Under the pieces are notes generated by a model. The model did no database searches. It was not told where the DNA came from and saw only the letters and a list, made by a program, of their open reading frames with translations. A stretch of DNA of 64,000 nucleotides, taken from assembly GCF_009914755.1 (NCBI RefSeq), contig NC_060946.1. One strand, written 5' to 3'. Every line of letters starts with the position of its first letter. Position 1 is the first letter of the stretch. This DNA is from the human T2T-CHM13v2.0 reference genome, Homo sapiens. The position numbers were made by a program, and so were the translations under genes. Shown here one piece after another: positions 44,204 to 59,227 of the stretch.

Positions 44204-44588
44204 AAAGAACATTTTTAAATGAACGATTGGGAGGAAGTTTCTAGACTAAATCCATGCACGCTTGGCTTTCCTGGTGACAGGTGAGGCAAGTCCTCGCCTC
44301 AGCACTCCCCACATGCTCAGTGTCCACTCAGTGTCCAGCAGCTCTCAGAAGCTCCCCTGTGTCCTCTGACAGGGGTACAGGCCAGGACCCCACATACCAT
44401 GCACAGTGAATAAGTAAATGAACGCACAAGGAGGGGGTTGTAATGTGGAGCTGTGTTCCTCCATATCTCAAGCCAGAGTGGATTTGATGAATGGTTTTGA
44501 AAAGATGCAGAATTTCCTGTGTGAGTCGGAAGGCTTATGCTTGAAATATTGAGGTTTTCTTGACACATTATTTGAAAATAATTATTTA

Positions 44589-44962
<374 letters not shown>

Positions 44963-45094
44963 GAAGAAGAAGAAGAAAGAAGAAGGAGAAGCAGAAGGAG
45001 AAGAAGAAGGAGGAGGAGGAGGGGGAGGAGGAGGAGAAGAGGAAGAAGAAGAAGAGGAGGAGGAGGGAGGAGAGAAAGAAGAAGGAGGAGGAGG
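44963..45094. repeat. (GAA)n/(GGA)n trinucleotide tract from the Alu tail
   Basis: Direct reading. Confidence 0.95.
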
Positions 45095-45439
45095 GTGATT
45101 TTTGTCATGTGCAGACGCTTTGTCGTGTGACTAGACGGATGTATATGGTTGCATCTTTGGACAGACAACCTCAATCTCTGTGCCCTACTCTGCCTCATCC
45201 AGAGGACTGTTGTGACTAAACATTTCACTCATTAAATGTTTCCTGAGCACTGAGGCCACTTTGTTCTTATTATACTGCATTGTGCAGAAAATGCGAAGTC
45301 AATAAAACACATCTCTGGCCCTCAAGCCCATCGTGGGACACAGAGGGGATGACGGAGGAACTGGAAAGTGATGTGCACAGTGACTGGTGCACTGATAGTC
45401 CCGGGCATGGGATGCCGTGAGCACCCCATGTGAGGTCAC

Positions 45440-45840
45440 ACTATCTTAGTCAGCTCGGGCTGCTGTAACAAAACACCACAAACTGGGTGCTTGAACAACT
45501 GGAATTATTTTTCTCACAGTCCTGCGGGCCAGAAGTCCAAGATGGAGGTGTTGGCAGGGCTGGGGCCTGGTGGGGGCTGTCCCTTTGGGTGGCAGACACC
45601 CACCCTCTCACTGTGTGCTTGTGTGGTCTTTCCTTGGTGTCTGCACCTGCAGAGAGAGAGTGAGTTCCCCGGGGTCTCTTCCTGGAAGGGCACTAATCCT
45701 ATCCCTAAGGGATTCCTAGGCCCACCCCATGACTCCATTTAACCTGAACTAATTCATTTGAGACTCCATCTCCACATATGACCACACTGACGGCGAGGGC
45801 TTCAACCTAGGAATTTTGGAGGAAACAAACACTGAGTCAG
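45440..45840 (-). mobile_element. MLT1A-like MaLR LTR
   Basis: tcttagtcagctcgggctgctgtaacaaaacaccacaaactgggtgcttgaacaac...agggcttcaacctaggaattttgg. Confidence 0.85.
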
Positions 45841-46390
45841 GAACAAAAAGCCAGGCAGGCTGGAAGAAAGAGGGACACAGAAGGTTTTGCAGAAGATGAC
45901 AGGTTCTTTTGGGCCAAGGCTACATGCAGAGCCCAGAGTGGTGGAGAGGGGGTCAGTGACAGAAGACACAGAGCATAACATGAGTGTGAGTGAGTGTGTG
46001 TGCACGAATGCATGTCTGCGCTTCCACATGCGTGTGTGATTGCAGATGTGTGTGTGTGAGCATGTATGCACGTGTGTGTTGTAGAAAGAGAGCTGGGCTG
46101 GAGCCCAATATCAGAGGTAGGAGTTAAGGTTGCAAAGCCCAGAGATAAAGAGCCACAGAAACCAGACAAAGGAGCTGGAAGTTGATCTTGAAGGGCGTGG
46201 TCCCCACTAAAGTGATTTACTAGAGAAGCACTTCAGAGAGATGTCCATTTAAGAAAGAGATTCTGTCTGTAGTGTAATGAACTTGGTGGAAGTGGGCAAG
46301 GCTGAAAGCCAGGAAGGCCAGGCCTTGGGCATCCCGCCAGGGTGTATTTTGTGGGATTGTTGTGAGAAGTGCAGGGAATAATCCACATAA

Positions 46391-46740
<350 letters not shown>

Positions 46741-47672
46741 AGACCCTTCATTTTTAAGGTGGTTCGGGTTCATGGAAGGAAGGGTCGGGTATTTTTTAAT
46801 CCTGGAAAGTGCTGTTCCCACTAGAGTGTCTGGCACAAGGGATGTCCCATTCAGGTTTACAATGGGGAATTATACCTGTATGGTATTGTACCTCGTGGTG
46901 TCCCAAAACCTATTGGGGTGATTAATTAGCAGCAATGTAGATCTTTTAGCTCCAGAAATAAACAGCTCTTTCTTATTCTCTGTAGTTACTGGTTTTTGGG
47001 GGGGTTTACTAACATGGCTATCATTTTTTTACTCAACACTCCTTTTGTATCATTTTCCTTCTCTCTGAAATAAATACATTAGAAATGTCTGTAGTGGTAT
47101 AAACTCTATCAGGTTTAATTATCCGAAACATCCTTTACCTTCATTGCTGAATGATAGCATCGCAGTTGAAAATGCTAAGGTGCCTCTTTGAAGACACAAC
47201 TTCTCCTTCTTTTGGTTTCCATTGTCATGTTTAACATGTGCGTTGTTGTCATAAGTCATTTCCTTGTAAGTAATCTGAGTTCTTTTATCATCTTCTTTGC
47301 CTTTGAATTTCATGGTCCTTCACTGATGTAGCTTGATATTAATTGATTTATATTTCTCCAGGTTGGAATTAGGCTCTCAGTCTATGAGGATTCCTAATTT
47401 TAATTAGTTCTAAAAACTTTTTTGGCATTATGTTCAATACTCTCTGGGTTCCATTTTTTTTTCTGTCTCTTCCTCCCTCTCTTTCTTCCGCCCTGTTTCT
47501 CCTTCATTCTTTTCTTTTTCTGGAAGTCCTATTGATATGTAGACAGTCTGCCTCACTCTACCTTCCACTCCTCTCAACTTTCCTTTCATATTTCCCGTGT
47601 CTGAGTCTCTATGTGCTGCCCTTTGGACAACTAACTGAGACATATCTTCCACTACAGTTGTTCTCTGTTTAG

Positions 47673-48185
<513 letters not shown>

Positions 48186-49699
48186 CCTGTTCAGATATTT
48201 TAACACTTGACTTCAGCCGATACATTTGAAAGTAAATGTCATTGATGAGATGTTTCATCTTGAACGTTCTATATGAGATATTCCTTATCTTTTTAATTGT
48301 CTTATTCTTTTCATATCTTCACTGAAATATTTATTTTCTAAATTTATTAAACACTCCTATTTTGTGTTCTTTCAAAATATAAAGTCATTGAATGTATAAT
48401 TCTTCCGTTTGTTTGTTTTCCCTAATCCTGTTCACTCTTGCTGCGTCTTATTTGATTTTACGCTTTCTATGATTCAATTGAGAGATTGTGTTCTTTGAAA
48501 CCCCATGGATGTCCTGGGAGGTAGTTATTGAAGAGGAGGAGTGGGACCACAAGAAAGAGTGTGTATTTGCATCGACAGTGTACTTGGGAGTGATACCAAC
48601 TGAGACCAACGTCAACAAATGTATTCACCTGGAATACAGCTCCCCATTCTCAGTGGTTCCTCCTGTTTTATTACTAGTATCCAGAGCAAAGTCCCTCCTG
48701 GTATCCTTGAAGGGAAATTGTTTTCCACTCCATTTGTTTTTTCCATGAGGAGGTAGCATTCATTTAAGGGACATAGTTACAGATACTCACCTGGAGCCAC
48801 TCCCGTGATACCCTCATAACTCAAGTCTCCTGGGTCCCTGGGATAGAAAATACCTTCAAGGCAGCACGCACACTAGCATTCGCTTACTGGACTTGTATAA
48901 GGAGGATTTTCTGTACTTTAGTTTAAGCTCCATGATGCTCTTTAAAGGTAAATTTAAAATTTATTTTAGCCTATTTAACTTATAAAGTAGGAGGTTTTCC
49001 ATGGTAAGTAACCCACCATAGGCCAAAAATGGAAGTTCATCCTTTGGATTTCAGGGTCATCTTGGCCATGGTTTCGTTTATATCTGTTTATCCTCTATGT
49101 TGTCAGCAACTCATGTACAGAGACCACAGCCTTTTTAGCTCCAAGTCTCTCCTGCACCCAGCCCAGGGCCTTCTCAGGGTGCTGACTTCAAAACATGAGC
49201 ATTTACTCATTCATCATGTCTTCACACCTCAGCTGCTTGACATACAAGGTGTAGCAGATGTCACCCTATTTTATCCTGCTGAAAACCTGAGACTTGGAGA
49301 TTTTTAAGTGACTTACCTATGATCACATAGCTTATGCCTGCCTTGCTGACATCTTGCATTTTTTTTCATGAGACCCTGATAGCTTTCTGCATGCTCTGTC
49401 TTCATGTACAAAGCTTTGTCTGTGTCCAGGCAATGTGGTCTATTTATTTTACTACCTAAGATGGGTACAGAGTAAATTGCAGGCGTTAGGTTTACAGCCA
49501 GAGGAGCTGTTCATTTCTCAGCACTTTTAAAGCAGAGCTGCTACTGCATTTTCCTGCAGATGAAAAGTTCTTTGAAACTTCTTGAAAAATTTTTGCAGGC
49601 TTTGACGGAGGAATAAAATTTGATGAGTAGTGCAGGGGATTTAAAATGGACCATCATCTTCAATGACTCCGACCAGACGATGGGCAATTGCTGCATCCT

Positions 49700-50000
49700 C
49701 ATTTCCTCCAGGTCTCTGCTCAATTTCACCTTATCAGTTAGACCTTCCCTGATGGTCCTGTTTGAAATAGCAATCCAGCCTCGACCCTGGCACTCCTCAC
49801 ACCATTTACCGTGCTTTGTTTTTATCTATCTCTTGTACCATCGCCTGATATGCTGTGTATTTTTTTTCTGCCACCTGTACTGGAATGCCAATGCCACAAC
49901 ATTAGGGACATTAGCGTGATGGTTCTTTAATGTATTTCCAATACTGAGGCTAATGCCTGGAACAGAGTAGGTATTTAACACAGTTTAATGAATGAACGAT
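49700..50000 (+). mobile_element. L2 3' end
   Basis: ctctgctcaatttcacc...aatgcctggaacagagtagg...aatgaatgaa. Confidence 0.75.
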
Positions 50001-51032
50001 GATGATATAATTTACAAGTATGTGGCCCATTCTTTTAGCCATGATTTCAATGGAGATTCATACTAACCTTCTGAGGCAAGCAAGGAAGAAATAATTGATG
50101 GGTGTGTACACTCAGCCAGGAAGCAATAGAGTGAATGGCTGGATCCTGGTGCACTCCATGCCTCTCTGATCCCCAGGGAGTAGGGGAGATGATACTCAGA
50201 GTACATAGTCTTACCAGTCTCTGACTCCGTGTTATTGCTCAGTCAGGAGGCTGTCATGGCTCTTAGAGAAACTTTCTGGCTGAGGCATGGATACTTATGC
50301 AAGCCTTTGTGTGTCAGTGAGCACCAGACCCAACAGCAAAGTGGCACCCATGTTGAACAGCACCAGTTGGCTGTTCCCTGAATGCACCTGTTGTAAGCGT
50401 CAGGGAGGTCTGTAGTGCAGGAGAGGGGCTGTTGCACATTGAGGAAAGATTGCAACCATGGTTCTGCCCATTGATTCTTGAGTGGCTTTGTGTAATACAC
50501 TAAGCCTCTTTCTACTTAACTTTTCCTATCTGTCATCTCTCAGCTGGTTTCCAGTTCTGAGTTACGGCGAGTGATTAAGGACTTCTTTTCTCATGATGTA
50601 TTTTTATCAACTCCTGAACATATTTTCCCCTGTGCATGAAGGTGGTCATTCTCTTACTTGGGATCACTCTCTTCCAGTCATAATTTGCACCCCACACATT
50701 ATTCTTTGTCTCTGTGTGGCACTCACATATATACAAAACCACACACATACACCATACACACACACACACACATGCACACACAATGAGCATACGAAGCCAC
50801 CTTGGAAGATGCCCCAGAATTCCTCTACCCTCACATGATATGACTAAACTTAATAACAATCGCATATTAAGGGCTGACTGGTCCTAGGCAGTGTATTAAA
50901 CGCTTCACATTGATTTTCCAAGTTGAGCTTCACAAGAGCATTGCAAGGTCATTTTATTTTCATTCCCATTCAAAGGATGAGAAAACCTAGTCTATTCTTC
51001 ATGTTGTGAAAAAGCCGTCATTGTGAAGACTC

Positions 51033-51353
51033 TTTTTTTTTCTTTACTTTCTTTCTTTTTTTTTTTTTGTTAGGCGGAGTCTTGCTCTATCGCCCAGGCT
51101 GGGGTGCAGTTGCGCGATCTCGGCTTGCTGCAAGCTCCGCTTCCCGGGTTCACACCATTCTCCTGCCTCAGCCTCCCGAGTAGCTGGGACTACAGGCGCC
51201 TGCCACCATGCCCAGCTAATTTTTTTGTATTTTTAGTAGAGACCGGGCTTCACCATGTTAGCCAGAGTGGTCTTGAACTCTTGACCTCGTGACTCCGCCC
51301 GCCTCGGCCTCCCAAAATGCTGGGATTACAGGTTTGAGCCACCGCGCCCGGCC
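51033..51353 (-). mobile_element. AluY
   Basis: ctgcaagctccgc, gagccaccgcgcccggcc; TSD gtgaagactcttttt / gtgaatactcttttt. Confidence 0.95.
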
Positions 51354-51749
51354 GTGAATACTCTTTTTAATGTCCAGAGGTTCAGCCTGCTCATCAAATG
51401 AAGTCCAGTTGCTAATGTCAGTGACACACTGCAGTCAGCTCCACAGCTGAGGACAGCTTTTGCTAACCTGAGGGCCTTAACAATGCACTACACAATGTAC
51501 GACACAAAAGCATTTCTCAGGTTTGTTACTCATTCTGGTCAACGGAACGGAATAAACACTTTCACAAGATTTGGTTGTAAGACTACTGTGGGAATTCAAA
51601 ACTGTCAAAATAATAAGCCAAAATGTATCAGTATTCGTTCTTTGTTCTCATCTTCCAAAATCCACATGTTTAACCTTACAGATTTTCTCACAAGTCATTT
51701 GAAATTCCCAGCTGGAGAAAGAGCCGAGACACATGTCTAAAAATTAGTC

Positions 51750-51866
51750 GCAAACACATATGCTAACACACCTGTATGCACACATACACGCATACACACA
51801 CACACGAGTGCACACCTTCATACATGCACACACACAGGTGCACACACTCATGCACACACATGCACG
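51750..51866. repeat. Degenerate (CA)/(TGCA) repeat
   Basis: Direct reading. Confidence 0.85.
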
Positions 51867-52465
51867 GGCTCCATTGGATTTTGGTTCAGAGCCCTATGGT
51901 TTGTGACAATCAGCAACAATTATGAATTGCGATCCGTGAAGGGGGCAGGCCATGGTTGCATGAATTTCAGCATTTATTACAAGGATGCTGTTATGGAGAT
52001 TTCACCACAGGCCCAGCCAGGCCTCACGTTCTCATATTTAAATATCATTTGGAAGCTGATGAAACTCTGGAAGTGCTCATCTCCCTGTTGGTTCTAAGAT
52101 TTAGTCTTCCTGGAACTTTTATTTATGTAGCTAAGTGCTGAAATTGAGTCTCAAAGCAGTATTTTATTATATTTCTTGTGGTTGGGGGGCCCGGGTCTGT
52201 GGGTCTTGTGGAGCTCTCCAAGGTGCTGAAGCATCTGGTTCTGCAAGAAAACGTTAAAACCAGTGGTTTTCAAATATTTCACTCCAAGTGCAGCTTTTAT
52301 CACCTTCTTTCTATTAACCCTGTGTTCTAAAATAAAATAGGTCTGAGAGAATCTGAATTTAATGAGTGCTATTTGATAATTTCCCCACGATTTCTTGGTC
52401 TAAGTTGTAATTCCGCGGGCTGGGCCTTATGCCTCCAACATTCAATGTGCACGTCCTTCTCTATT

Positions 52466-52697
52466 TTGGCTCACTGCAACTTCTGCCTCCCGGGTTGAAT
52501 TAACTCTCCTGTCTCAGCCTCCCAAGTGGCTTGGATTACAGATGTGCATCACCACACCTGGCTGATTTTTGTATTTTTAGTAGAGATGGGGTTTCACCAT
52601 ATTGGTCAGGCTGGTCTCGAACTTACGACCTTAGGTGATTTACCTGCCTCGTCCTCCCAAACTGCTGGGATTACAGGTGTGAGCCACTATGCCCAGC
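52466..52697 (-). mobile_element. AluS lacking its 3' end and tail
   Basis: Begins at ttggctcactgcaac with no poly-T. Confidence 0.9.
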
Positions 52698-54969
52698 TAC
52701 AGTTCCTAGCTTCTATATGTACTCAAAAATATTTGTTGAACTGGAATCCAGCACAGATTAGAATTTAACAAACCTGTGTGATAAGCAGGGTGACCATCTT
52801 GAGTTGAAAACTTCAGCCACTGAAAATAACATCAACAGTGTGATTAGAAGACACCACTATTTCTTGAGGAAATAAATGCTTGCTGCAAGATACCCTAAAG
52901 TCCTTAAGACGAGAGTACTTACATCCTTACACCTTTTGCACAGCCTGATGTGCCAGTGAGAACTCAATTTGGAAAGCCCACACTCAGGCATTCAGGCCTA
53001 GGAGGACTCATCGACTCCTGTCACAACCTCTTCCCTGGAGCCTCCCTGTCCTTGCAGCCCTTAGAGGTTACAACAAATGCAATCAAATTTCAGATGGGCT
53101 GGATGAGCTGCATGGTCTCAGTTGTATGTGTGTGTCTCGAAGACTATGTGGTAATAAAATTGGAAGAAGAGACCAGAGGTAAGTGTTTTCCAGTTGTCAG
53201 GGATGCTCAAGGTTTACAACCCTGGGGAGGTCATCCCTAAGCAGTGGATGGTGCACAAATCCAGGGCACCATCCATGCACACTAGTGGGAGAGGCAAGAG
53301 GGCTCAGTCATCCTACCATTGGACAAATATGATGGCCTGACTGCTTTTGGGATACTCTTATTTATTGGTTTGTCACTGGAGAAAGGTTTTATCTTCTCGC
53401 CCAAACCATGCTATCTCACATTTCTGAGTTGCTTTGCCTCAAGTATTAATATAAGATGCTTTATTCATTCACATAACATTCCTGAGAAAGCATTTTATGG
53501 CAAATCCTAATCAATATATATTTTGGGGGATGGAGAGGACAGTGTTCCTTGGCATCAAAGAAATACAATACTAGTTGGCCACAGAGACCTTTGGGATCTG
53601 GAGGACTCTGGGGCAGGCACTTGTTCCGGGGATGAACCTGGATTGACAGTGGTCCTGGTGGGGCTGGACTTTACTGGCAAGTTGTTGAGAACTGGAAATG
53701 TGGACTGAAATGGAGGTTGGAGAGACCTGGCAGAAGAGTGGAAGACGGAGCAATGCTCTACACCTGCCAGGTATTAAAACGTGTTTGTTTCATTCCATGA
53801 AGTCCATTGTGCAGAAATAGCCCCAGTATTATATTTCATTAATTGCTTTTTGGGAATTCAATATAATGCTGTGTGCATGTGTGTGTGCGTGCGTGTGTGT
53901 GTGCAGGCATGCACTCCTGTGTCTGCATGGTTGAAATTTCACATTGCTATTCACAGGCACACACACATACACCTGAGGCAAAAACTCATACGGGTCAAAT
54001 GATTTGTGTTGTTTACCATCGTGTTTACAATGCACAGGATTTATGCCTAAGGTCTGTTTGCTCTGCTGCAGCATTGGTCCCTGGGGTTGCTGAAGAAACA
54101 AGCTTACTCAAAGAAACAGAGACAGGGAGGAAGAAGGAGGAGGGGACAGAATAGATGAAGGGGAGGGGTGAGGACAGAGCCTCAGGCGGGGCTGTGGAAA
54201 CTTGCGTCTGCAGGTCCAGGCAGTGCCATTTCATCACACCTCCTGGGGCCCAGGTCCCATGTCAGGGGAAGCTCAGCACCCCTCCCAGTGCCCAGGGTGT
54301 TGTCAGTATTCCAGATGATCAAGGAGCAAATGCTGCTGGGTCTGCCTTTGTTGAACCACTGAGGGAACAGGAAGGAGATCACATTGGGAATCGAGCCTCT
54401 CCACCATCCCCTACTTACCCGCTATACCCAGTGTTTCCTATTCTTGTCCAGAATACTGGCACACTTGAGAGCTGGTGGTCAGTGCAGCTGTGCAGCCCAC
54501 AGAAGTGTGGAGGGGGTGTGTTGGGAGAGCTGGGGTCAGCTTGTGAGGGGCATCGTTTAATTACTCACTTAGTCACTCAACTGACACTTATTTGGCAGCT
54601 ACTCTTTACCAAGGAGTCACTGTTACTTATTAGGGTTACTCAAGCAGGTAAAGCAACCTCCTGAATCTTGGACTTTGAGGAGAGGTGGGAAAGTGTCCCA
54701 TCAGGGAGCAGCCCCACTTTCCCTGCTGCAGTGGGGAGCCAGGTTCTCTGCTCTGTGTTTTTTCTAAAACTCACTCTGGCATATAATTCACATAAAGCTT
54801 CACCTAAGTAAGAGGGGACATTCTTTTTTTCTTTATAAAATAAGAAGTGAGAACTTATGGGCCTCAGGATCCTCCTCCACATTGAAGACATAGTGACTTC
54901 ACAGCTCTGTGATCTGCACTTGGAATAATTTCCTCTGTCACTGTCTCCACTGGATGGTGGCAGTTCATT

Positions 54970-55680
54970 TGTCCCTCCATCTGTCCACCCATCTGTCCAT
55001 CCACCCACAGACCTCCCGCTTGCCTTCATCCACCCATCTGTAGTTCCCTCCTTTCCTCCCTCTTTCCATCCATTCATTCATCCGCCCACCCATCCATTCA
55101 CCCATCTGTCCATTCATCAGTCCACCCACCAGTCTGTCCATTTATCCATTAATCCATCCATCCATCCGCCCATTCACTCACCCATTCATCTATCCATCCA
55201 TCCACTCATCCATCCATTCACCCATCCATTCGTTAATCTATGCATTCGCCCATGTATACATCCATTTATTCACTCACTCCCCCATCCATCCATCCATCCA
55301 TCCATGCATCCATCCATCTGTCCATCTGTCCATCCATCTGTTTATTCACCCACTCATCAGTTGATTTATCCATTTATTTCTCCACCCAACCATCCATTCA
55401 TCCATCCATCTACTCACCCACCCAACCACCCACCTGTCCATCCATCCATCTTCCCACCCACCAATCCACCTGCCTACCCACCTATCCTTCCATCCATCTA
55501 TCCATCCATCCATCCATTAATCTATGCATTCACCCATGTATACATCCATTTATTCATTCACTCCCCCATCCATCCATCCATCCATCCATCCATCCATCCA
55601 TCCATCCATCTCTCTGCCTGTCCTCCAATCACTCACCCAGGCTTCTATCATCCCTCTCTCCTTCTCTTCATTCTTTTTCA
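54970..55680. repeat. Long degenerate (CCAT)n tetranucleotide tract
   Basis: Direct reading; pure run near 55566-55609. Confidence 0.95.
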
Positions 55681-58009
55681 CACTAAGTTAATCTGTTCTT
55701 CTACCTGGGTAGGCGCTGGGTTTGGGAGGGGTTGGGGAGAAGCATGTGTCCCTGGCTTTCTCCTCTACAAACCAGAAGTTTATTTTGAAGATAAATGTGA
55801 TTTAATGCCAGTGCATCAGATAGAGCCTGGTGCATGGATGCCACTCAGCCCAGTTACAGGAGGCCAGGGGTTCAGGGATCTGAAAGCCTGCATTCCTCAC
55901 CTCATGTAACTCTGAAAAGGATCCATTTCAGAAGGGTCCTTGAGCCATATTAACATGGATGATCAGTAAAGATCAACCTACAGCTGCCTGAAGTTTCCCC
56001 AAAATCCAAAATGAGAACTTATTTCCTGTGCAGGATACTATCTAGAACATAGAAGCCACCAACGTTCTCCTCATGCCAGCAAATGTCCTGCCCCTCTGGC
56101 TGCTGCCTCTGCAGTCTTGCAGAGCAGGAGCTCTCCGTGGTACTGTGGTGGCTCTGCAAGCACCCACACAGGCCAAGCTGGCAAGGGCCCAACCACAGCT
56201 AACCTGCGTCAGGTGAGAAGGCCTCCTGACCCTCCTGGAAGAGGGTGCCAGCATGGTGAGGAGCTGCCTCTAGGCATTTGCCATGCACCTCCCCTCCCTG
56301 TCTGCCCTGGGGGCTCGTAGGATGCAGATCCTCCTGCCCTCTCGATTCTGGTGATGTGTGGGGCTTCCTGCCTTGCCCTCTTGGGAATGGAGCCACAGAT
56401 GGTAGACCTGTCTGGCTGCAGCCTGGATTCAAGTCCTCGGCAGAGGGCGAGCCCCAGCTCTGTTGCACTCATGGCCCTTTTGCTTCTGTGTGGCCCTTTT
56501 GCTTCCTGTGAGGCAAGGATGGCACCTTAGGCTCCTCTTCCTTTCAGCATCTATGTCAGGAATAAATCTCTGGATCTAAAAGCAGCTTGTGTTTTCACTG
56601 GCTGAGGCAGTAAGACCTTGGCCTTGCCTTTTCTCCTGTGTGCTTGTTAGGGACTCTAGAATTTTCTACTCCATGTCCTCTTCATTGAGGGCTGTTTCCT
56701 TCCATTTCTGCAAAGCCTCTTCCCTGACCATGACACCTTTAGTTAATTTCACTCATTCTGGTCACTTCAACACTAAATCAATGCTTAATTATTGAGTCAA
56801 TTATTTAATCTTTCTGGGCTTTAGGAACCATTTAGAGTTGATCCCCTGCCTTTACAATGAAAAGATAACACTCTCTTTCCTCCCTAAACTTCTGTAATAA
56901 CTTTCTTTGATTACTTTATATAGAGATGCCTTATCCAAATATCAATCTCCATTAGGCTATGAGTGATATCTTTTTCTTTTATTTATCTTCCACAAACCTT
57001 AGCACAGCTTTAGGCAAACAGTAGAGGCTTAAATAGTTGGTTTAATTAGTTTGAGCTCTCAGCACCCAATTTTAGTTCTCTGCCCCGGCCCCAGCTATAC
57101 TTCTTCTTGGAGGCTGGAGCCTCATGCTCCTGTAGGCTATGGCCTTGCACCCAGAGCAACTTTATCTGATCATGATACCAGATTCCATCAAAACCCAAGC
57201 AGGTTCTTATCATGCTTCAACACGGCAAGCCTAGGGCACCAGACCTCAGCTTTAAGTTTTCTCTCCCCAAGCCTTCAAAACCCTCTGCCTGCCAGCCCAC
57301 CTAGCAACAGGTCCTTTTGATTAAATACCTTTCATCCCTTTATATCCTTCAGATTTTACTCTGACCACAGACACAGTTCCTGCATTAAATGAAAAGAATA
57401 ACAGGTATAACCTTTCAGAATGTGTCACCAGGTTGTAAATCACAGACATTCAGTGCGCTGGGGGAAGTTAGGATCAGGCAGCAGGGTAGGGAGGCCTGTG
57501 AGGGTGTGCATGCTGGGTGGGACAGGAACAGCCTCAGGAGAGGGGGGGGTGGCTCTCAGTGTTTGTGGGTGACACCTGCAGATGTCAAAGGGGGCTGTGA
57601 GGGTTCGGCCATCAACCTTCAATGTTTGTATCATGGACCAAAAATGCCTGCAGTGACCTATGTTGTAAATCATTTTCTGTGTACATGGATCTCAAATTCA
57701 TATTAAAAAGAGATCAAACAGACAAAAGCCAAAAATGCCATAGGATAAGTTGAATAATGCTTAGACACCCAGGGTGGACTCACAGAATGTCAGTGGAAGG
57801 CCAGGTCACTTCTCAGAACACGTGAGGCTTTGCTGTGTCTGTCCCAAGAAATCCAGACAAGAGGCACAAAGCCGGAAGGATGTGGGCATGTCCAGATACG
57901 GGTTTCCAGGGAAGTGGTGCCAGGATCACAACTTAGTGTCTGGATTTCCAGAGCCCCAGGTGCCAAGCTCAATAGTTTCTATCTGATCATGGAGTCATGG
58001 GCATCTTCA

Positions 58010-58230
58010 GGTGCACGGTTCAGCTGAAGACTCCTCAGCCCCGCTTGATAACACACGTGTGCTCCGTGTCTGCAGAGGCCTCTCCTTCTGACTGGCCGAG
58101 GTTTCGCCGAGTTCTCGCTTTTTATAGAAGAGCTTCTTTATGTTTCATTTGGAAGCCGGCCTCTGCTTACACTGCGACGTCACTCTGTCATTTTAGGAGC
58201 TGCCAAAATGTGGTCTCGCCCCTGTGTGTG
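58010..58230 (-). promoter_or_regulatory. Candidate TATA/CRE core promoter or enhancer
   Basis: Minus-strand CTATAAAAAG 58118-58127; TGACGTCG 58175-58182; Inr-like CCAGTC near 58093; E-box CACGTG 58054-58059; local CpG excess. Confidence 0.45.
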
Positions 58231-59227
58231 CTTTAATTCATGTGAATCCAATTGCACTTCCCTCAGGAGGTTGCTTAATGTGGTGTCAAAGTTGAATAAA
58301 TAATAAATAGGCCACATCAGGGCTCCCACGTCTGCAGCTTGTGGGGCGGTGCTGGTGGCATCTTTTCCAGGAGCATATGCCGGCTGGAGGGAGAGGGGTG
58401 TGATGGCTCCAAGTCCAGTCCGCCCTGCCCTGGATGGACTCCCAGATCTGCCAATCCAAGGATGGGAGGGGCCCCTTCACTTCAGCACTTCTCTCTGTGT
58501 GTTTCAATTTAGTGCATGAACCAGCTCTCTTCCCCGCTGCCTGTGTGCACAGGGTCTGCAGCCCTCGACTAGTTTATATTTGGGGGCTGCAGGGAGTCGA
58601 GGTGATCACCATTTAATCAAAGGATACTGGACTGACACGATTTGGTGGGACAGAAGAAAGAGCAAGCCTTCTTGCTGTCTTGAGAGCAGGTGCCCAGAGG
58701 ACAGAATGACTTAATTGGGCTTTTGCTGCCTCGTCTATCAAAGCAAGAGGCAAACCCCTTGGGCTTCTCCTAATTTGTTTGAAAAGGCAGGGCGCAGTCA
58801 TGGAGTCCTATGAGGCAGCATCTATTAGGGACGTGCACCGTGGGCCCATAATTCTAGGTAGTGGAGGAATAAAGGGGCAAGGGGCTGCTGGGGAAGACAT
58901 TAGAGAAATAGGTGAGAGGACCCCATTTCAGAATATAGATAGGAAGCAGTGGTTCCAAATCCGCTCTTACTGGTGGCTAGAGTCATGCATGATTTTCAAA
59001 TTTATAATCATAGAAATTAAAAATAACACACACACACACACACAGCCACTTCCTCCTAAGTATATGCAGCTGTTTCATAGAGCAGGGCTCTATGTTCTAG
59101 ATATATCATCAGCATTCTTCCCACACATATGAATCCCTAGGCAGAGCCAGGAATGCTCCTGACCCCTGAGCAGTAGCAAAGACCCCTGAGAACTATTCTG
59201 AATTTTTATACTACTTTTTGCTCCAAA

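Noticed and set aside
55240-55909. H/P/S/I-rich ORFs up to 201 aa
   Set aside because: Translation of (CCAT)n
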